Positions 1 through 18,849 of a DNA stretch of 64,000 nt are shown in pieces. Numbering within the stretch: position 1 is the stretch's first letter; each line of letters opens with the position of its first letter. The notes below the pieces were generated by a model. That model had not been told where the DNA came from. It searched no databases and saw only the letters and a program-made list of their open reading frames with translations. A program made the translations under genes and the position numbers. Source of the stretch: the human T2T-CHM13v2.0 reference genome, Homo sapiens; assembly GCF_009914755.1 (NCBI RefSeq), contig NC_060941.1, one strand, 5' to 3'.

Positions 1-456
1 ACCCCTAGGCTGTGTTCAAAACCGCAGCGTAACTGAGAAAACGGTGGCAGCCTGGGGTGAATGCAGTCCCTCCCTTTTCCTAATCCATGAAACTCCTCTA
101 CATGAAAACCACTTGAAAGTTACAGACATGGAGGGAGGGACTTTATGTCTTCCTTGGGGGCAGCCAAGACAAAGAGGGATGCTAAGCAGATTATCTTGGT
201 ATTAATCATTCAAATGCAGGAGTGGAGACTTCAGGACTCAGGCCTAGCAGGGGAAGGTTGTGGCTCATGAACCCCTGCTTACAGCCTGGCACCCTCCTAC
301 TGCAACCGTGCTCTACGGACAGGTTTTCATCATTCATCCTCATGTTCCACAAGGTGTTCCAGAAATCCTCTGCCCCATTCCACACACCCACCGCAGTAGC
401 CTGGTCAAGTGATTTCAAGTGGGTCCTCACCACTAAAAAGAGGAAGATGGACAAAC

Positions 457-853
457 TTTTACTCGCGTCCTTGTGAAGAGCCCACCAAACAGGCTTTATG
501 TGAGCAATAAAGCTTTTAATCACCTGGGTGCAGTCGGGCTGAGTCCGAAAAGAGAGTCAGCAAAGGGAGATAGGGGTGGGGCCGTTTTATAGGATTTGGG
601 TAGGTAAAGGAAAATTAGTCAAAGGGGGTTGTTCTCTGGCTGGCAGGGGTGGGGGTCACAAGGTGCTCAGTGGGGGAGCTTTTGAGCCAGGATGAGCCAG
701 GAGAAGGAATTTCGCAAGGTAATGTCATCAGTTAAGGCGGGAACAGGTCATTTTCATCTCTTTTGTGATTCTTCAGTTACTTCAGGCCATCTGGATGTAT
801 ACGTGCAGGTCACAGGGGATATGATGGCTTAGCTTGAGCTCAGAGGCCTGACA
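457..853 (-). mobile_element. HERV-H solo LTR (LTR7 family, LTR7B/Y-like)
   Basis: Minus strand begins TGTCAGGCCTCTGAGC and ends ...GGACGCGAGTAAAA. Perfect 5-bp TSD CAAAC at 452-456 and 854-858. Confidence 0.9.
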
Positions 854-1020
854 CAAACATGAGTGAACGCCACAAATGGCACCTCCATATGAGGAACTGG
901 GGCAAAAGGAATAGAGCGAGGGGGCTTTTGTTTGGCAAATTGTGCCTCTAAGACCCACTCTCAGGGTTGTATTAAAAAATGTAATCGATGTTTAAAAAGC
1001 TAACACAGAGCACAGGTATT

Positions 1021-1799
1021 TGAGGACTAAGCTCTGATTTTTTTCTTATCTTGCCCAAATTCCTATCTAAAGGGTCTGGAGAGTCATGCTCTACAAACCA
1101 TAAATTCTCATCAGATGAGTTTTATTTAACCCTATATATCGTGACTTACTTTCCAATCTGACTCTGGCATAACATCACATGACAAAACAGAAAATCAAAA
1201 TATTTTACCCCCAAACAAGTTTATTTGCCATACCTTGAAATGGCCCTGCAAAGCCATCCTTTGTGGGGGAGAAATTTGCATCTGTAAAGAATCTCTATTA
1301 ACATAGCTAGATCTTTTTGTTTCAGGCCCTCCCAGTTCTGAAGAGATTAGCTGAGAGTCTACCAGCTTTTTAAAGGTCAGAATGGGAAACATTTGTCATC
1401 TATTGTCTCTAAGGGCAGCCACTATGAGACATCAAAAGAACCTTGGTCTCCACAATCTTTTATCTTAACCTAAACATTTCCTTTCTATTAATCCCAGGTC
1501 TTTAGACAAACTCAACCAATTGTCAACCAGAAAATGTTTAAATTTACCTATAGCCTGGAACCCCACCCCCCTTCAAATTGTCCTCCGTTTCTGGACCAAA
1601 CCAATGTATTTCTCAAATGTATTTGATTGATGTCTCATGCATCTCTAAAATGTATAAAACCAGGCTTCTGCACCCCAGCCACTTTGGACACATGTTCTCA
1701 GGACCTCCTGAGGGCTGTGTCATGGGCCATGGTCACTCATATTTGGCTCAGAATAAATCTCTTCAAATATCTTACAGATTTTGACTCTTTTTGTCAACA
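1021..1799 (+). mobile_element. MER4-group (ERV1) solo LTR, MER4E-like
   Basis: Starts TGAGGACTAAGCTCTGA, has AATAAA near the 3' end, and ends ...GTCAACA. 4-bp TSD TATT at 1017-1020 and 1800-1803. Confidence 0.85.
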
Positions 1800-3159
1800 T
1801 ATTGTTCTGAGTGATTTTATTGTCCCCACATGAAACTCACAGAACCTCTGTGAGTTGGGCTCCATTGCCTTCCTCTTTGCATGTAGAGTGTGGGAATCTA
1901 AGACATGCCCTCAGCCCACAAATGATGGCCAGTGACAAGTAGGGGCTCAAATTCAAGTAGTCCAGTGCCAAAGAAACTTGATAACCCCTCTTAGGGTGTA
2001 GCCATTATGCACTTTGGCTCATTTTCCTTCCTGGTGACTTCAGATCAATTGTGGAGAAGAAGGAGCTGGATGAGCTTTGGGTGGGTCATTTATGGTGAGC
2101 AACACTTACAGAAAGAGCCTGTAAACCTCTGTGTTGTCACTCTGTCTCTTTCCTGCCATACACAGATTCCTTTATGAACATAGGCATTAAAGGGTATTAT
2201 TTAAGGAAGTGTTCTTCCCACAACCTTAATTTTTAAAAATTTATCTCTTTTTTGAGACAAAGTCTCACTCTGTCACCCAGGCTGGAGTGCAGTGGTGTGA
2301 ACACTGCAGCCTTGACCTCCTGGCCTCAAGCAAACCTCCCACCTCAGCCTCCCAAGTAGCTGGAACTGCAGGTGTGTGCTGCCATGCCTGGCTAATTTTT
2401 GTATCTTTTGTAGAGACAGGGTCTCCCCATGTGGCCCAGGCTGGTCTCACACTCCTGGGCTCAAGCGATCTGCCTGCCTCAGCCTCCCAAAGTGCTGGGA
2501 TTACAGGTGTGAGCCACCGTGCCTATCCTTATTTTCATTTTTAACATGACACAGCCAGCTATAAATTCTGTGGGAAACAACGCCCTGTGGGATAAGATCA
2601 TCACTTTCTATTTTTCCTTTAATAAAAGTCACCCTAAATGGGACTCAATAAAAATAATTATTTGCTGCCAAAATGAAAGTCAAAACTGAGAAATAGAAAA
2701 ATCAAAGATAAAAATCCACTGTAATGAAGACTCACAAAAGATCAACTGAGAGAAATGTTTGCCACATTTATGGAAAATATAGAGTTAGTGAACAAATTAA
2801 GGAATTAAGGGCTCGAGGCTTATTTACCATCACTGCAGAAACCACACTCAATGTGTAAGAGGCGGGGTCCAAGGCGGCAGACCTCTGCTGGACTTCTGTG
2901 ATCCCTGCTACTTTCTGGCAGGGGCACACTGGGTTCAGAGACTTGTCCTACATTCAGTTGGCAGTGGGACCTTGGATAGGTCATCCTCTCTGAGCCCTAA
3001 TAAATTCACCAATAAACTGGAAACATCTCCTGATTGGTCACGGGTGGAAGGTCAGTGGGATGGAGAAGGATGACTGTGGGCAGCTGGGAGTACTTCCCTA
3101 GAGGGAGCCAAGTGGGCAAGCAGCCCCAGCATGATGTCACAGATGGCCCATTGTGACTT

Positions 3160-6138
<2,979 letters not shown>

Positions 6139-7128
6139 TCAAAAAAAAAAGAAAAAAGAAAACCTCCAAGGAGGAACCCTGTAGAAAACTGCAATGTGAC
6201 ACGTGTTCACTGCACGTGGCACAAGCCGGAGAAGAAAATGTAAATAAAGCCTAGGAACAAAAACTCAGAGCCCTAATGAGTAAGTTTGGATTTGCAGGAG
6301 AGGGGAAAGACACGCTTGGCACTCACAGCCTCACTGAGTACATTTTCTCCACCTAAGTGAGTCCACATGTTAATTTACTCATCGGGGAGCAGCCAGCACA
6401 AAGCCTGTCCCCCCCAGTGATATGAACACCCTGGCCAGGCACATGCAGCCAGCAGTGCATCCTCACTGGGACCATATCCATGGCTCCTGTGCTCTGCGAC
6501 TCTGCTCCTGCCTGGGTAAGGCTTCTGTCCCCACAAAGACCACCACTGTTCTGCTTTTCTCCCACTCTGGGTAAGTTTTGCCTATTCTGGAACCTCCTAT
6601 TCATGGGCTCATACAATATGTTCTCCGTTGGGAACTATGTTCTTTTTGTGCAGCGTGAGGCTGTGTGTGCCAGCGGTGCTTTTATTGCTGAGCAGTGTTC
6701 CATTGTGTGCCTGACCACAGATTGCTTTTCATTCTGCTATTGGTGGAATCCTGGGATATTTCCAGTTTGGGGATACTATGAATGAAGCTGCTATGAACAT
6801 CCTTATACGAATCTTCTGGTGAAGTCATCATAGAATTTGGAGACCAAGTTTTTGCCATCATTTATTCGGAGCCTAAAGGACCAGACGAAAAACCTGCCCA
6901 GGGTCACACAAGACTGAGAAGCCCAGTAAAGCACTCTCTGACGTCAGCGACTCAGGTCCTTTGGTCCTGTGCCTGGCTTGGACAGAGTCAGGCTTGTTCA
7001 ACACTCTCTCCCCATCACCTCAGGTTCCCCATATCCCATTTACAACATCAGGATTAGCTCCCAGGCTTCTGTGGGGTGAAGAATGGGGACTGGTTTTCCT
7101 GTTTCACTTTTAGCCTGGGCTTAGGCTA

Positions 7129-7311
<183 letters not shown>

Positions 7312-8272
7312 CTAATCCCAGCTATTGGGAGGCTGAGGCAGGATTGCTTGAACCTGGGAGGCGGAGGTTTCAGTGAGCTGAGATCACGCCACTGCACTCC
7401 AGCCTGGGTGACAGAGCGAGACTTCATCTCAAAAAAAAAGTGGGGGGGGGGGGTGGCAAGGAGAGCAATGAGATCATATTTCCCATGTGCTGTGTGAACA
7501 CTGGTGCTCTGTGAAAGGGCCACATACGCAAAGCAGCCCCAAACGCAGAAGGAGCTGAGAAACCAAAGAACAAGGCACACACATCCAGTGTGTCAGCAAA
7601 GGGTGGTTTATTTGGGGAATTTAAGGCAGAAGCATGGTCTTGGGTGACAGCAAGACAGGTGTCCACACTCCCAGACCCAGGGCTTGTACACCATGGAGAA
7701 AGTGTGCATTGCTCTACAGAGACAATGGCAGCAATCCAGAGCAGGCAGGAATGCTGTGCATCATAGCCTAGAATTTGTGTGATAACATCAGGGTTGACAC
7801 GTTCTCACACTAAGGACAGGAAATTAAGTCCAGGCCCTTTCATGGAACACCAGTGTTCCATGGTGTTCCTGATTAAGTGTAGGAATCAGGAGGCATTCCT
7901 GGGACTGGAGCTAATCAGAGTCAACACGGCAGGTTTGCAGCCCAAATGGTCACTTTGTCTCTGCAGTTGGTGTCTCCCTTCCCTTCTGAGTCTCATTAAC
8001 CCCATGTGCAAATGAAGGGGATTAAGGTCACTCTGGGGCTCATTCTGGGCCTAATGGTCTCTGAGGTTAACCATCCATGATGGGTAAAGTGAAGAGGGGT
8101 GTCTTTCCCCTCTGCTTGCTCCAGTCACTTGGCCCAGAGGCCCCCCTCCAAGTGAGCTCCAGGAGGGCTCCTGCATACTCCTCTCCCAGAACACAGCTCC
8201 AAGGATGCCATGATGATCAGTGTTTTAAAATGTACCTGGTAGTTGCTTTTTATACAGATATGGCAAGGCTTA

Positions 8273-8590
<318 letters not shown>

Positions 8591-8912
8591 TCAAAAAGGA
8601 AAAGAAAAGAAAGCTAATTACTTGGCCAGGCATGGTAGCTCACCCCCAGCACTTTGGGAGGCTGAGACAGCCCAGAAGTTTAAGACCAACCTGGGCAACA
8701 TGGCAAAACCCTCTGTCTACAAAAATACAAAAATTAGCCAGGCGTGGTAGCACGTGCCTGTAGTCCCAGCTACTCAGGAGGCTGAGGCAGAAGGATCACT
8801 TGCACCAGGAGGTGGAGGCTGCAGTGAACTGTGATTGTGCCACTGCACTCCAGCCTGGGTGACAGAGTGAGACTGTGAGGACCCCACCACAAAAAAAAAA
8901 AGAAAAAAAAAA

Positions 8913-9340
8913 GTTACAGTTCTCAAGAGGAGGGAGCACGCCACCCCATGCAGGGCCATGCAGAGAAGCATTGAGGTTGGCCAGAAGGCAGGAGCGAGGG
9001 GAAGGCGTGGATAAAAGGCTTTATTGGGTTTTCTCTGGAAGGAATGGGCAAGGCAAGGTGAGTAGGCTTAGGGTTGGTTAGTTTGAATAATTTCCGCAGG
9101 CTCTGCGGTGTAGAGTGTCCCAAGTTGTCTGTTACCTGGCCCTGGGATGATCTGGGGTGCAGAGGAGCTGCAGAGCCAGCCAGCCTGTGGAACTCCTGGC
9201 AGGGTTTCCTGTAGGCACTGCTCACCTCTCCTCTGCCTTCCCAGAGCTTCACTGCCAATGAGCAGAAAGTCCAAGGAATTGGGAGTGTATCTGCAGAGAC
9301 CCATCTTAAACTATGTACAGGCTTCCAGAAGACAGTCATT
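8913..9340 (-). mobile_element. Old ERVL-class LTR fragment (MER54/MER74-like)
   Basis: Recognisable motifs GCTTTATTG ... GGGCAAGGCAAGGTGAGTAGGCTTAGG ... TAGTTTGAATAATTTC. Subfamily and boundaries uncertain. Confidence 0.45.
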
Positions 9341-9642
9341 TAACTGGAGACCAAGTTAGGCTGTGGGTTGGAGAGGGCTGGAAGAAAATGACAGTGAAAT
9401 TTGTTTTTCCACCAAGAGACATAGTGCCTCTGTTGGGAGGTGGGGGAGCTTCTACACTGAAGTGGGTTAATCTCTGAACTGCTCCTCTAGGGCTGAGGCC
9501 CCCCAGCCGTGCATGATGCCCTGAGCAGAAGGGTCTGACCAGGAGAGGGCACCAGAGCAGAGTGCGGGTCAAAGTTGCTAAAGCCCACACCACGGGTGGC
9601 CTGGGGCTCTGGGGATCCCCTGGAGTGGCTGTGGATTGTTGA

Positions 9643-9942
<300 letters not shown>

Positions 9943-10142
9943 TGAGCCACCGCACCTGGCCTACTTTTTTTTTTTTGAAACAGAGTCTCACTCTATCACC
10001 CAGGCTGGAGTGCAGTGGCATGATCTCAGCCCACTACAACCTCCATCTCCCGAGTATTCTCCAGCCTCAGCCTCCCAAGTAGCTGGAATTATAGACATGC
10101 ACCACCACGCCTGGCTAATTTTTGTATTTTTTGTAGAGATGA

Positions 10143-10427
<285 letters not shown>

Positions 10428-11280
10428 TAGTAGAGATTTTGGCTAGTTTTTGGTATTTTTAGTAGAGACGGGGTCTCACCATGTTGACAGGAGTTCAAGG
10501 CTGGTCTTGAACTCCTGACCTTGTGATCTGCCTGTCTCGGCCTCCCAAAGTGTTGGGATTACAGGCATGAGCCACCGCACCCGGCCCGCTTTTTGTATTC
10601 TTTTAAAATAGAGAAGTGGTTTCACCATGTTGATCAGGCTGGTCTTGAACTCCTGACCTCAAGTGATTCTCCTGTCTCGGCCTTCCAAAGTGCTGGGATT
10701 ACAGACATGAGCCTGTGCATTGGATTTATCTGATTTCAAAAATCTCAAAGACCCAGGAAATGCATGAATTAGTATGACAAAAGATCCCCCCACATGCGAA
10801 TATTTGAACCCCAGAAAATCTGAGCCAGGGCTGGGCGCAGAGGCTCACGCCTGTAATCCCAGGACTTTGGGAGGCCGAGGTGGGCAGATCACGAGGTCAA
10901 GAGATTGAGACCATCCTGGCCAACACGGTGAAACCCTGTCTCTTAAAAACACAAAATTAGCTAGGCGTGGTAGCACGCACCTGTAATCCCAGCTACTCGG
11001 GAGGCTGAGGCAGGAGAAACACTTGAACCCAGGAGGCGGAGTTTGTGGAGAGCTGAGATCTCGAGATCTCGCCTTTGCACTCCAGCCTGGCGACAGAGCA
11101 AGACTCCATCTCAAAAAAAAAGAAAAAAAAAGAAAATCTGACCCATGTGTGACCTCACAAATCATCCATCCAAAATGTTCATTCTACAGATAGGGAACCC
11201 ATGACCCAAAGAATAAAGCTTGTCCAAGATCAAACTGAAGCCCAGGATTTGGGAATAGAAACCAAGGGGCAAGGAGGTAA

Positions 11281-11478
<198 letters not shown>

Positions 11479-11828
11479 TAGAGACAGGGTTTCACCATAT
11501 TGGCCAGGCTGGTCTTGAACTCCTGACCTCAGGTGATCCATCCACTTGGCCTCCCAAAGTGCTGGGATTACAGGCGTGAGCCACTGCGCCCAACCCGGGT
11601 CACCAATTTCAGGGGCTGGAAAATCAAGCACAGGCTTATTCCTCCCTTGGTGCCTGGAGTGCCCTCTAATGGCTAGTTCAATAACCGCCTCGAACATCTT
11701 AAGGTAAGACACGACATAGTCATGAATATTTAAAGTCCTTCACTGCTCTCCAGGAACCTCCCCTCCTTCATTAGTGTATGTGTGGGGGAAACATACACAT
11801 CACTGAAATTTAAGTGCCATCATGATGA

Positions 11829-12063
<235 letters not shown>

Positions 12064-13595
12064 TGATCCGCCCGCCTCGGCCTTCCAAAGTGCTGGGATT
12101 ACAGGCGTGGGCCACCGCGCCCGGCCGAACCTTTTTTTTTGAGACAGGGTTTGGCTCTGTCTCTCAGGTTGCAGTGCAGTGGTGAGATCATAGCTCACTG
12201 CAGCCTTGACCTGCGGGCCTCAAGCCGTCCTCCCACCTCAGCCTCCTGAGTAGATGGGATGACAGGCGCACACCACCATGCCTGGCTAATTTTTGTACTT
12301 TTTCTAGAAACGGAGTCTCTCTATGTTGCCCAGGCTTGTCTCAAACTCCTGAGCTCAAGCCATCTTCTGGCCTTGGCCTCGCAAAGTGCTGAAATTATGG
12401 GCGTGAGCCTGGCGAGGATGAATATTTTGTCTGCTTTGTTCAGGATAGTGGTCTCTGTGTCCATGGCAGTGACCACACCCATGCATAATAGACATTGAAT
12501 AAATACTTGCTGAATGGCTGAATGAATTAAGTACTCACTCTGCACACAGCTCTATTTCTGGATTTTTGAGGTGCTTCAATCAACAGATATTTACCAGTGG
12601 CTTTCTGTGTGCAATATACCATGAAGAGAGTCATGGAGTCAGAAAAATTTTAAAGCCACTGTTCATGTCCTAATAGAGTTGCCGTTTATTAGTGTACAAG
12701 ACAAACCACAAATCCTAAGTGTAGAGATAACATGGCAAAGATGAGAGGGGTGAGCAAAGCCATGGCGGCGAGCCAGGCAGACAGACGGACTGCAGCCAGG
12801 CTCCGGGGCCTCCCGGGGAGATGGGGTGCACGTCCAGGTGGGAGAAGTCGGCTTTCAGAACAGGAGAAGGGACGGCTTTCCAGGGCTGGGGCCAGTGCCT
12901 GCCTCATTTTCCATCTCTCAATTCCGCATTCTTCCTCCTCACTCACCACAGTCGTGGGGGCTGAATTCCCGAATTACTAAGACTCGCCTCTCTCGGGGAA
13001 CTCGGTCGCTGTCCTTACCACCTCTCCGATGGCTCCTCCCATCCCTGGCCACGTCCACCCTTGGATGCTTCTTGCCGTCACACAGTCCCACACCCAGCTG
13101 CGCAACTGAGCACTCACAGTGTTTAGAATCCTGCAGCCGCTGGCCCCAGGCTTTGACTCCACGGGCTGAGGCCTTTAAGGACATCAGCAGGACCGAGCCA
13201 AAGGAGCTCCGCCCACCCAGCCAGAGAACACTGATGCAGGGAGATGGAAACAGGATTTAGTTACTGAGACCTTGTTTACACAAAGATACTCCAAGAGAAC
13301 TCATGGATGGGAGGGAGTTGAGTCTTGGCTGCGGAAGCAGGCGAAAAGAGAAGTAAACCGATCTCCATGGACCGTGGAGCGGTTCTGGGCAGGTGGCACT
13401 GTAGGAAGAAGACAGGAGCAACGGCTAGATGGAAGGCAGGCGTGCTTTGAGTGTGGCAGACAGCGGGAGACTGGGTTCAGCAGGACCCTAGGGGTTCCAG
13501 GTCATGTCACAGCTTTATTAAGATATAATTCAGGCCGGGCGCTGTGGCTCACGCCTATAATCCCAGCACTTTGGGAGGCTGAGGTGGGCAGATCA

Positions 13596-13817
<222 letters not shown>

Positions 13818-14035
13818 TCAAGAAAAAAAAAAAAAAAAAAAAAGGATATAATTCATATACAATTCATCAACATAAAGTGAGCAGTCAATAGTTTTTAATA
13901 TATTCACAGAGCAGAGCTACCATCAACACAATCAATTCTAGAACATTTCCATCACCCCAAACAGGAACTCTGTCCTCATTAGTCGTCATTCCCAAATCCC
14001 CCACGTCCACTGCAGCCCTAGACACCACTAATCTA

Positions 14036-14363
<328 letters not shown>

Positions 14364-14403
<40 letters not shown>
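14364..14403. repeat. (CA)~20 microsatellite replacing an Alu poly(A) tail
   Basis: Follows the Alu 3' end CTCCGTC and is followed by the TSD ATAAATGGAGT, which also occurs upstream at about 14073-14083. Confidence 0.9.
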
Positions 14404-14404
<1 letters not shown>

Positions 14405-14944
14405 ATAAATGGAGTGTACACATGGTCCTCTGTGACTGCCTTCTTTCCTTTGCATGTGCTTCCAAAGTTCATCCATGTTGGAGCATGGATCGGTATCTCA
14501 TTCCTTTTCATGGCTGGAGAATATTCCAGTGTAGGACACACCACATTTGGTAATCAGCTGATGGACATTTGGGTTGTTTCCATCTTTGGCTACCGTGAAC
14601 ATACCATGAATGTTTAGGTAAGAGTTTTTGTGTGCATATATATTTTCATTTTTTTTGATATAATCTAAGTGGAATTGCTGGGTCAAATGGTGACACTGTT
14701 TAGTTTGGGAACTGCCAGTCTATCTCCCAAAGGGGCTTCAACACTTTACATTCCCACCAACAGCATTTAAGGGTTTCATTTGTCAACACTTCTCCAACTT
14801 CTTGCCAACACTTGTTATGACTTGTCTTTTTTTACTATACCCATCCTAGTGGGTGTCAAGTGGCATCTCAATGTGGTTTGGATTTAGACTTCCATGATGA
14901 CAATTGATACTGAGCATCTTTCCATGGGCGTTGGGCAGTTTGTT

Positions 14945-14984
<40 letters not shown>

Positions 14985-14998
14985 CATTTTTTTTTTGA

Positions 14999-15112
<114 letters not shown>

Positions 15113-15391
15113 TGAGTAGCTGGGATTACAGGCATCGACCACCAGGCCCGGCTAATATTTTGTATTTTAGTAGAGACAGGGTTTCACCACTTTGGCCAGG
15201 CTGGTCTCGAACTCCTGACCTTAGGTGATCCACCCACCTCAGCCTCCCAAAGTGCTGGGATTACAGGCGTGAGCCACCGCGCCCGGCCAGTTTGTATATC
15301 TTCTTTGGGGAAATTTCAGATATTTTGTCTATTTTAAAAATTCAGTTATTTGTCTTTTTATTATTGCATTGTAAGAGTTCTTTATATATTT

Positions 15392-15729
15392 GATATGTTT
15401 GGGTCACAGGGGCAGATCCCTCATGAATGGCTCAGTGCCCTCCCCATGGTAATAAGTGAGTTCTCACTCTGTTAGTTCACTAGAGAACTGGTTGTTAAAA
15501 GGAGCCTGGCACCTCCTCGCCTCTCTCCCACTCTCCCACTTGCCATGTGATGTGCCTATTCCCTCTTTGCCTTCTGCCATGATCGTAAGCTTCCTGAGGC
15601 CTCCTCAGAAGCTGAGCAGATGCGGCTGCCTGCTTGTACAGCCTGCAGAACTGTGAACCAAATAGATGTCTTTGTAAATTACCCAGTCTCAGGTATTTAT
15701 TTATAGCAGTGCAAAAAGGACTAACACAA
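15392..15729 (+). mobile_element. MST-type MaLR LTR (partial)
   Basis: Contains GGGGCAGATCCCTCATGAATGGC ... ACCCAGTCTCAGGTATTTATTTATAGCAGTGCAAAAAGGACTAACACA. Confidence 0.7.
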
Positions 15730-16878
15730 TATTCTAGATATGAATTCCTTGTCAGGTATATGATTTGCAAATATTTTCTCCCATTTTGTGGGCTGTCTTT
15801 TCATTTTATTGGTAGTGTCCTTTGAAACACAGAAGTTTTTAATTTTCATGAAGCCAAATGTATCTATTTTTTATTATGTCGTTTATGCTTTTGGCATCAT
15901 ATCTAAGAATCCAAGCTCACAAAATCTTAGCCCTATGTTTTCTTCTAAAAGAGTTACAGTTCGGGCTCTTACATTTTGGTCTTTGGTCTATTTTGACTTA
16001 ATTTTGTACATGACATGAAGTGGGCATACAACTTCATTCTTTTGCATGTGGATATCCAGTTATCCCAGAACCATTTGTTGAAAAGACTATTATTTTTCCA
16101 CTGAATGGTCTTTGCAGCCCTGTTGAAAATCAGTTGACCATAGATACATGAATTTATTTCTGGACTCTCAATTTTATTCCATTGATCTATATGTCTATCC
16201 TCATGCCAGTACCACCGTCTCTTAGTTACTGTTGCTTTATAGTAAATTTTGAAATCCAGAAGTATGAGTCCTCCAACTTTGTTCTGTTTTCAAGATTGTT
16301 TTGGCTACACTGCTGCATTGAGTACCCACACAGATTTTAGAACCAGCTTGTCAGTTTCCTCAAAGGATCCAGTCGTTATTTTGATAGGATTGCATTGATT
16401 CTCTAGATCAATTTCAGAAGTACCAACATCTTAACAATATTCCCACCCATGAACGTAGAAAGTTTTATTTAGGTCTTTCTAAATTTCTTTCAATGAAATT
16501 TTGTAGTTTTTAGAGTATAAATTTTATACCTCTCTTATTAAATTTATTCCTATGTACTTTACTATTTTGAGGATATTTAAAATGTAATTATTTTCTTAAT
16601 TTTATTTTTGAATTATTCATTGCTAGTATATATATTTTTATTTTTAATTTCTTTTTTTTAACATTTTTTTAAGAGATGGGATCTTGCTATGTTGCCCAGG
16701 CTGCTCGTGAACTGCTGAGTTCAAGCACTCCTCCTTGGCCTCCCAAAGTGCTGGGATTATAGGTGTGAGCCACCACACCCAGCCCATTGCTAGTATGTAG
16801 AAATACAATGGATTTGGCTGGGCGCAGCAGCTGATGCCTGTAATCCCAGCACTTTGGGAGGCAGAGGTGGGCGGATCA

Positions 16879-17173
<295 letters not shown>

Positions 17174-17427
17174 TTAGTGGATTCCTTAGGATTTTCTGCA
17201 TATCCTGTGGATTCATCTGGAATAGGGATAGTTTTACTTCTTCCTTTCCAATCTAGATGACTTTTATTTCTTGTTTTTGTTTAAAATCTCTACTACAAGG
17301 TTTAAAAGAAGTGATGGTCTTCTAAGTTCTTGATCTTAGGACTGGGGTAAAACATCTGTCTTTCACTATTAAGTGCAATGTTAGCTGTAGGCTTTTCTTA
17401 AGGTGCCCTTTAGAAAAATCCCACGCT

Positions 17428-18849
17428 CCCTCTCCCTCCCCCTCCCCCCTCCCTCTCCCTCTCCCCACGGTCTCCCTCTCCCCACGGTGTCCCTCTCCCT
17501 CTCTTTCCACGGTCTCCCTCTGATGCCGAGCCGAAGCTGGACTGTGCTGCTGCCATCTCGGCTCACTGCAAACCTCCCTGCCTGATTCTCCTTCCTCAGC
17601 CTGCCTAGTGCCTGCGATTGCAGGCGCGCGCCACCACGCCTGACTGGTTTTCGTATTTTTTTGGTGGAGACGGGGTTTCGCTGTGTTGGCCGGGCTGGTC
17701 TCCAGCTCCTAACCGCGAGTGATCCGCCAGCCTCGGCCTCCCGAGGTGCCGGGATTGCAGACGGAGTCTCGTTAACTCAGTGCTCAATGTTGCCCAGGCT
17801 GGAGTGCAGTGGCGTGATCTCGGCTCCCTACAACCTCCACCTCCCAGCCGCCTGCCTTGGCCCCCCAAAGTGCCGAGATTGCAGCCTCTGCCCAGCCGCC
17901 ACCCCGTCTGGGAAGTGAGGAGCGTCTCTGCCCGGCCGCCCATCATCTGGGATGTGAGGAGCACCTCTGCCTGGCTGCCCAGTCTGGAAAGTGAGGAGCG
18001 TCTCTTCCCGGCCGCCATCCCATCTAGGAAGTGAGGAGCGTCTCTGCCCGGCCACCCATCGTCTGAGATGTGGGGAGTGCCTCTGCCCCGCCGCCCCGTC
18101 TGGGATGTGAGGAGCGTCTCCGCCCAGCAGCCACCCCGTCCGGGAGGGAGGTGGGGGTCAGCCCCCCGCCCGGCCAGCTGCCCCGTCCGGGAGGGAGGTG
18201 GGGGGGTCAGCCCCCGGCCCGGCCAGCCGCCCCGTCCGGGAGGTGAGGGGCGCCTCTGCCCGGCCGCCCCTACTGGGAAGTGAGGAGCCCCTCTGCCCGG
18301 CCACCACCCCGTCTGGGAGGTGTACCCAACAGCTCATTGAGAACGGGCCATGATGACAATGGCGGTTTGGTGGAATAGAAAGGGGGGAAAGGCGGGGAAA
18401 AGATTGAGAAATCGGATGGTTGCTGTGTCTGTGTAGAAAGTAGAAGACATGGGAGACTTTTTTTTTGTTCTGTACTAAGAAAAATTCTTCTGCCTTGGGA
18501 TCCTGTTGATCTATGACCTTACCCCCAACCCTGTGCTCTCTGAAACATGTGCTGTGTCCACTCAGGGTTAAATGGATTAAGGGCGGTGCAAGATGTGCTT
18601 TGTTAAACAGATGCTTGAAGGCAGCATGCTCCTTAAGAGTCATCACCATTCCCTAATCTCAAGTACCCAGGGACACAAACACTGCGGAAGGCCGCAGGGT
18701 CCTCTGCCTAGGAAAACCAGAGACCTTTGTTCACTTGTTTATCTGCTGACCTTCCCTCCACTATTGTCCTATGACCCTGCCAAATCCCCCTCTGCGAGAA
18801 ACACCCAAGAATGATCAATAAAAAAATAAATAAAAATAAAAATAAAAAT
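17428..18849 (+). mobile_element. Full-length SVA retrotransposon (probably SVA_C/D), short VNTR
   Basis: (CCCTCT)n head, antisense Alu-like domain, GC-rich VNTR (about 17880-18320), SINE-R, AATAAA and A-rich tail. 14-bp TSD AAAAATCCCACGCT at 17414-17427 and 18850-18863. Confidence 0.97.

Noticed and set aside
3093-3110. CTCF-like TCCCTAGAGGGAGC
   Set aside because: Three mismatches to the core motif; too weak without data.
6939-6946. Perfect CRE TGACGTCA
   Set aside because: An isolated 8-mer is expected by chance about once in 64 kb; there is no supporting context.
17880-18320. Regularly spaced GC-rich repeats resembling an array
   Set aside because: SVA VNTR, not CRISPR; the sequence is eukaryotic.
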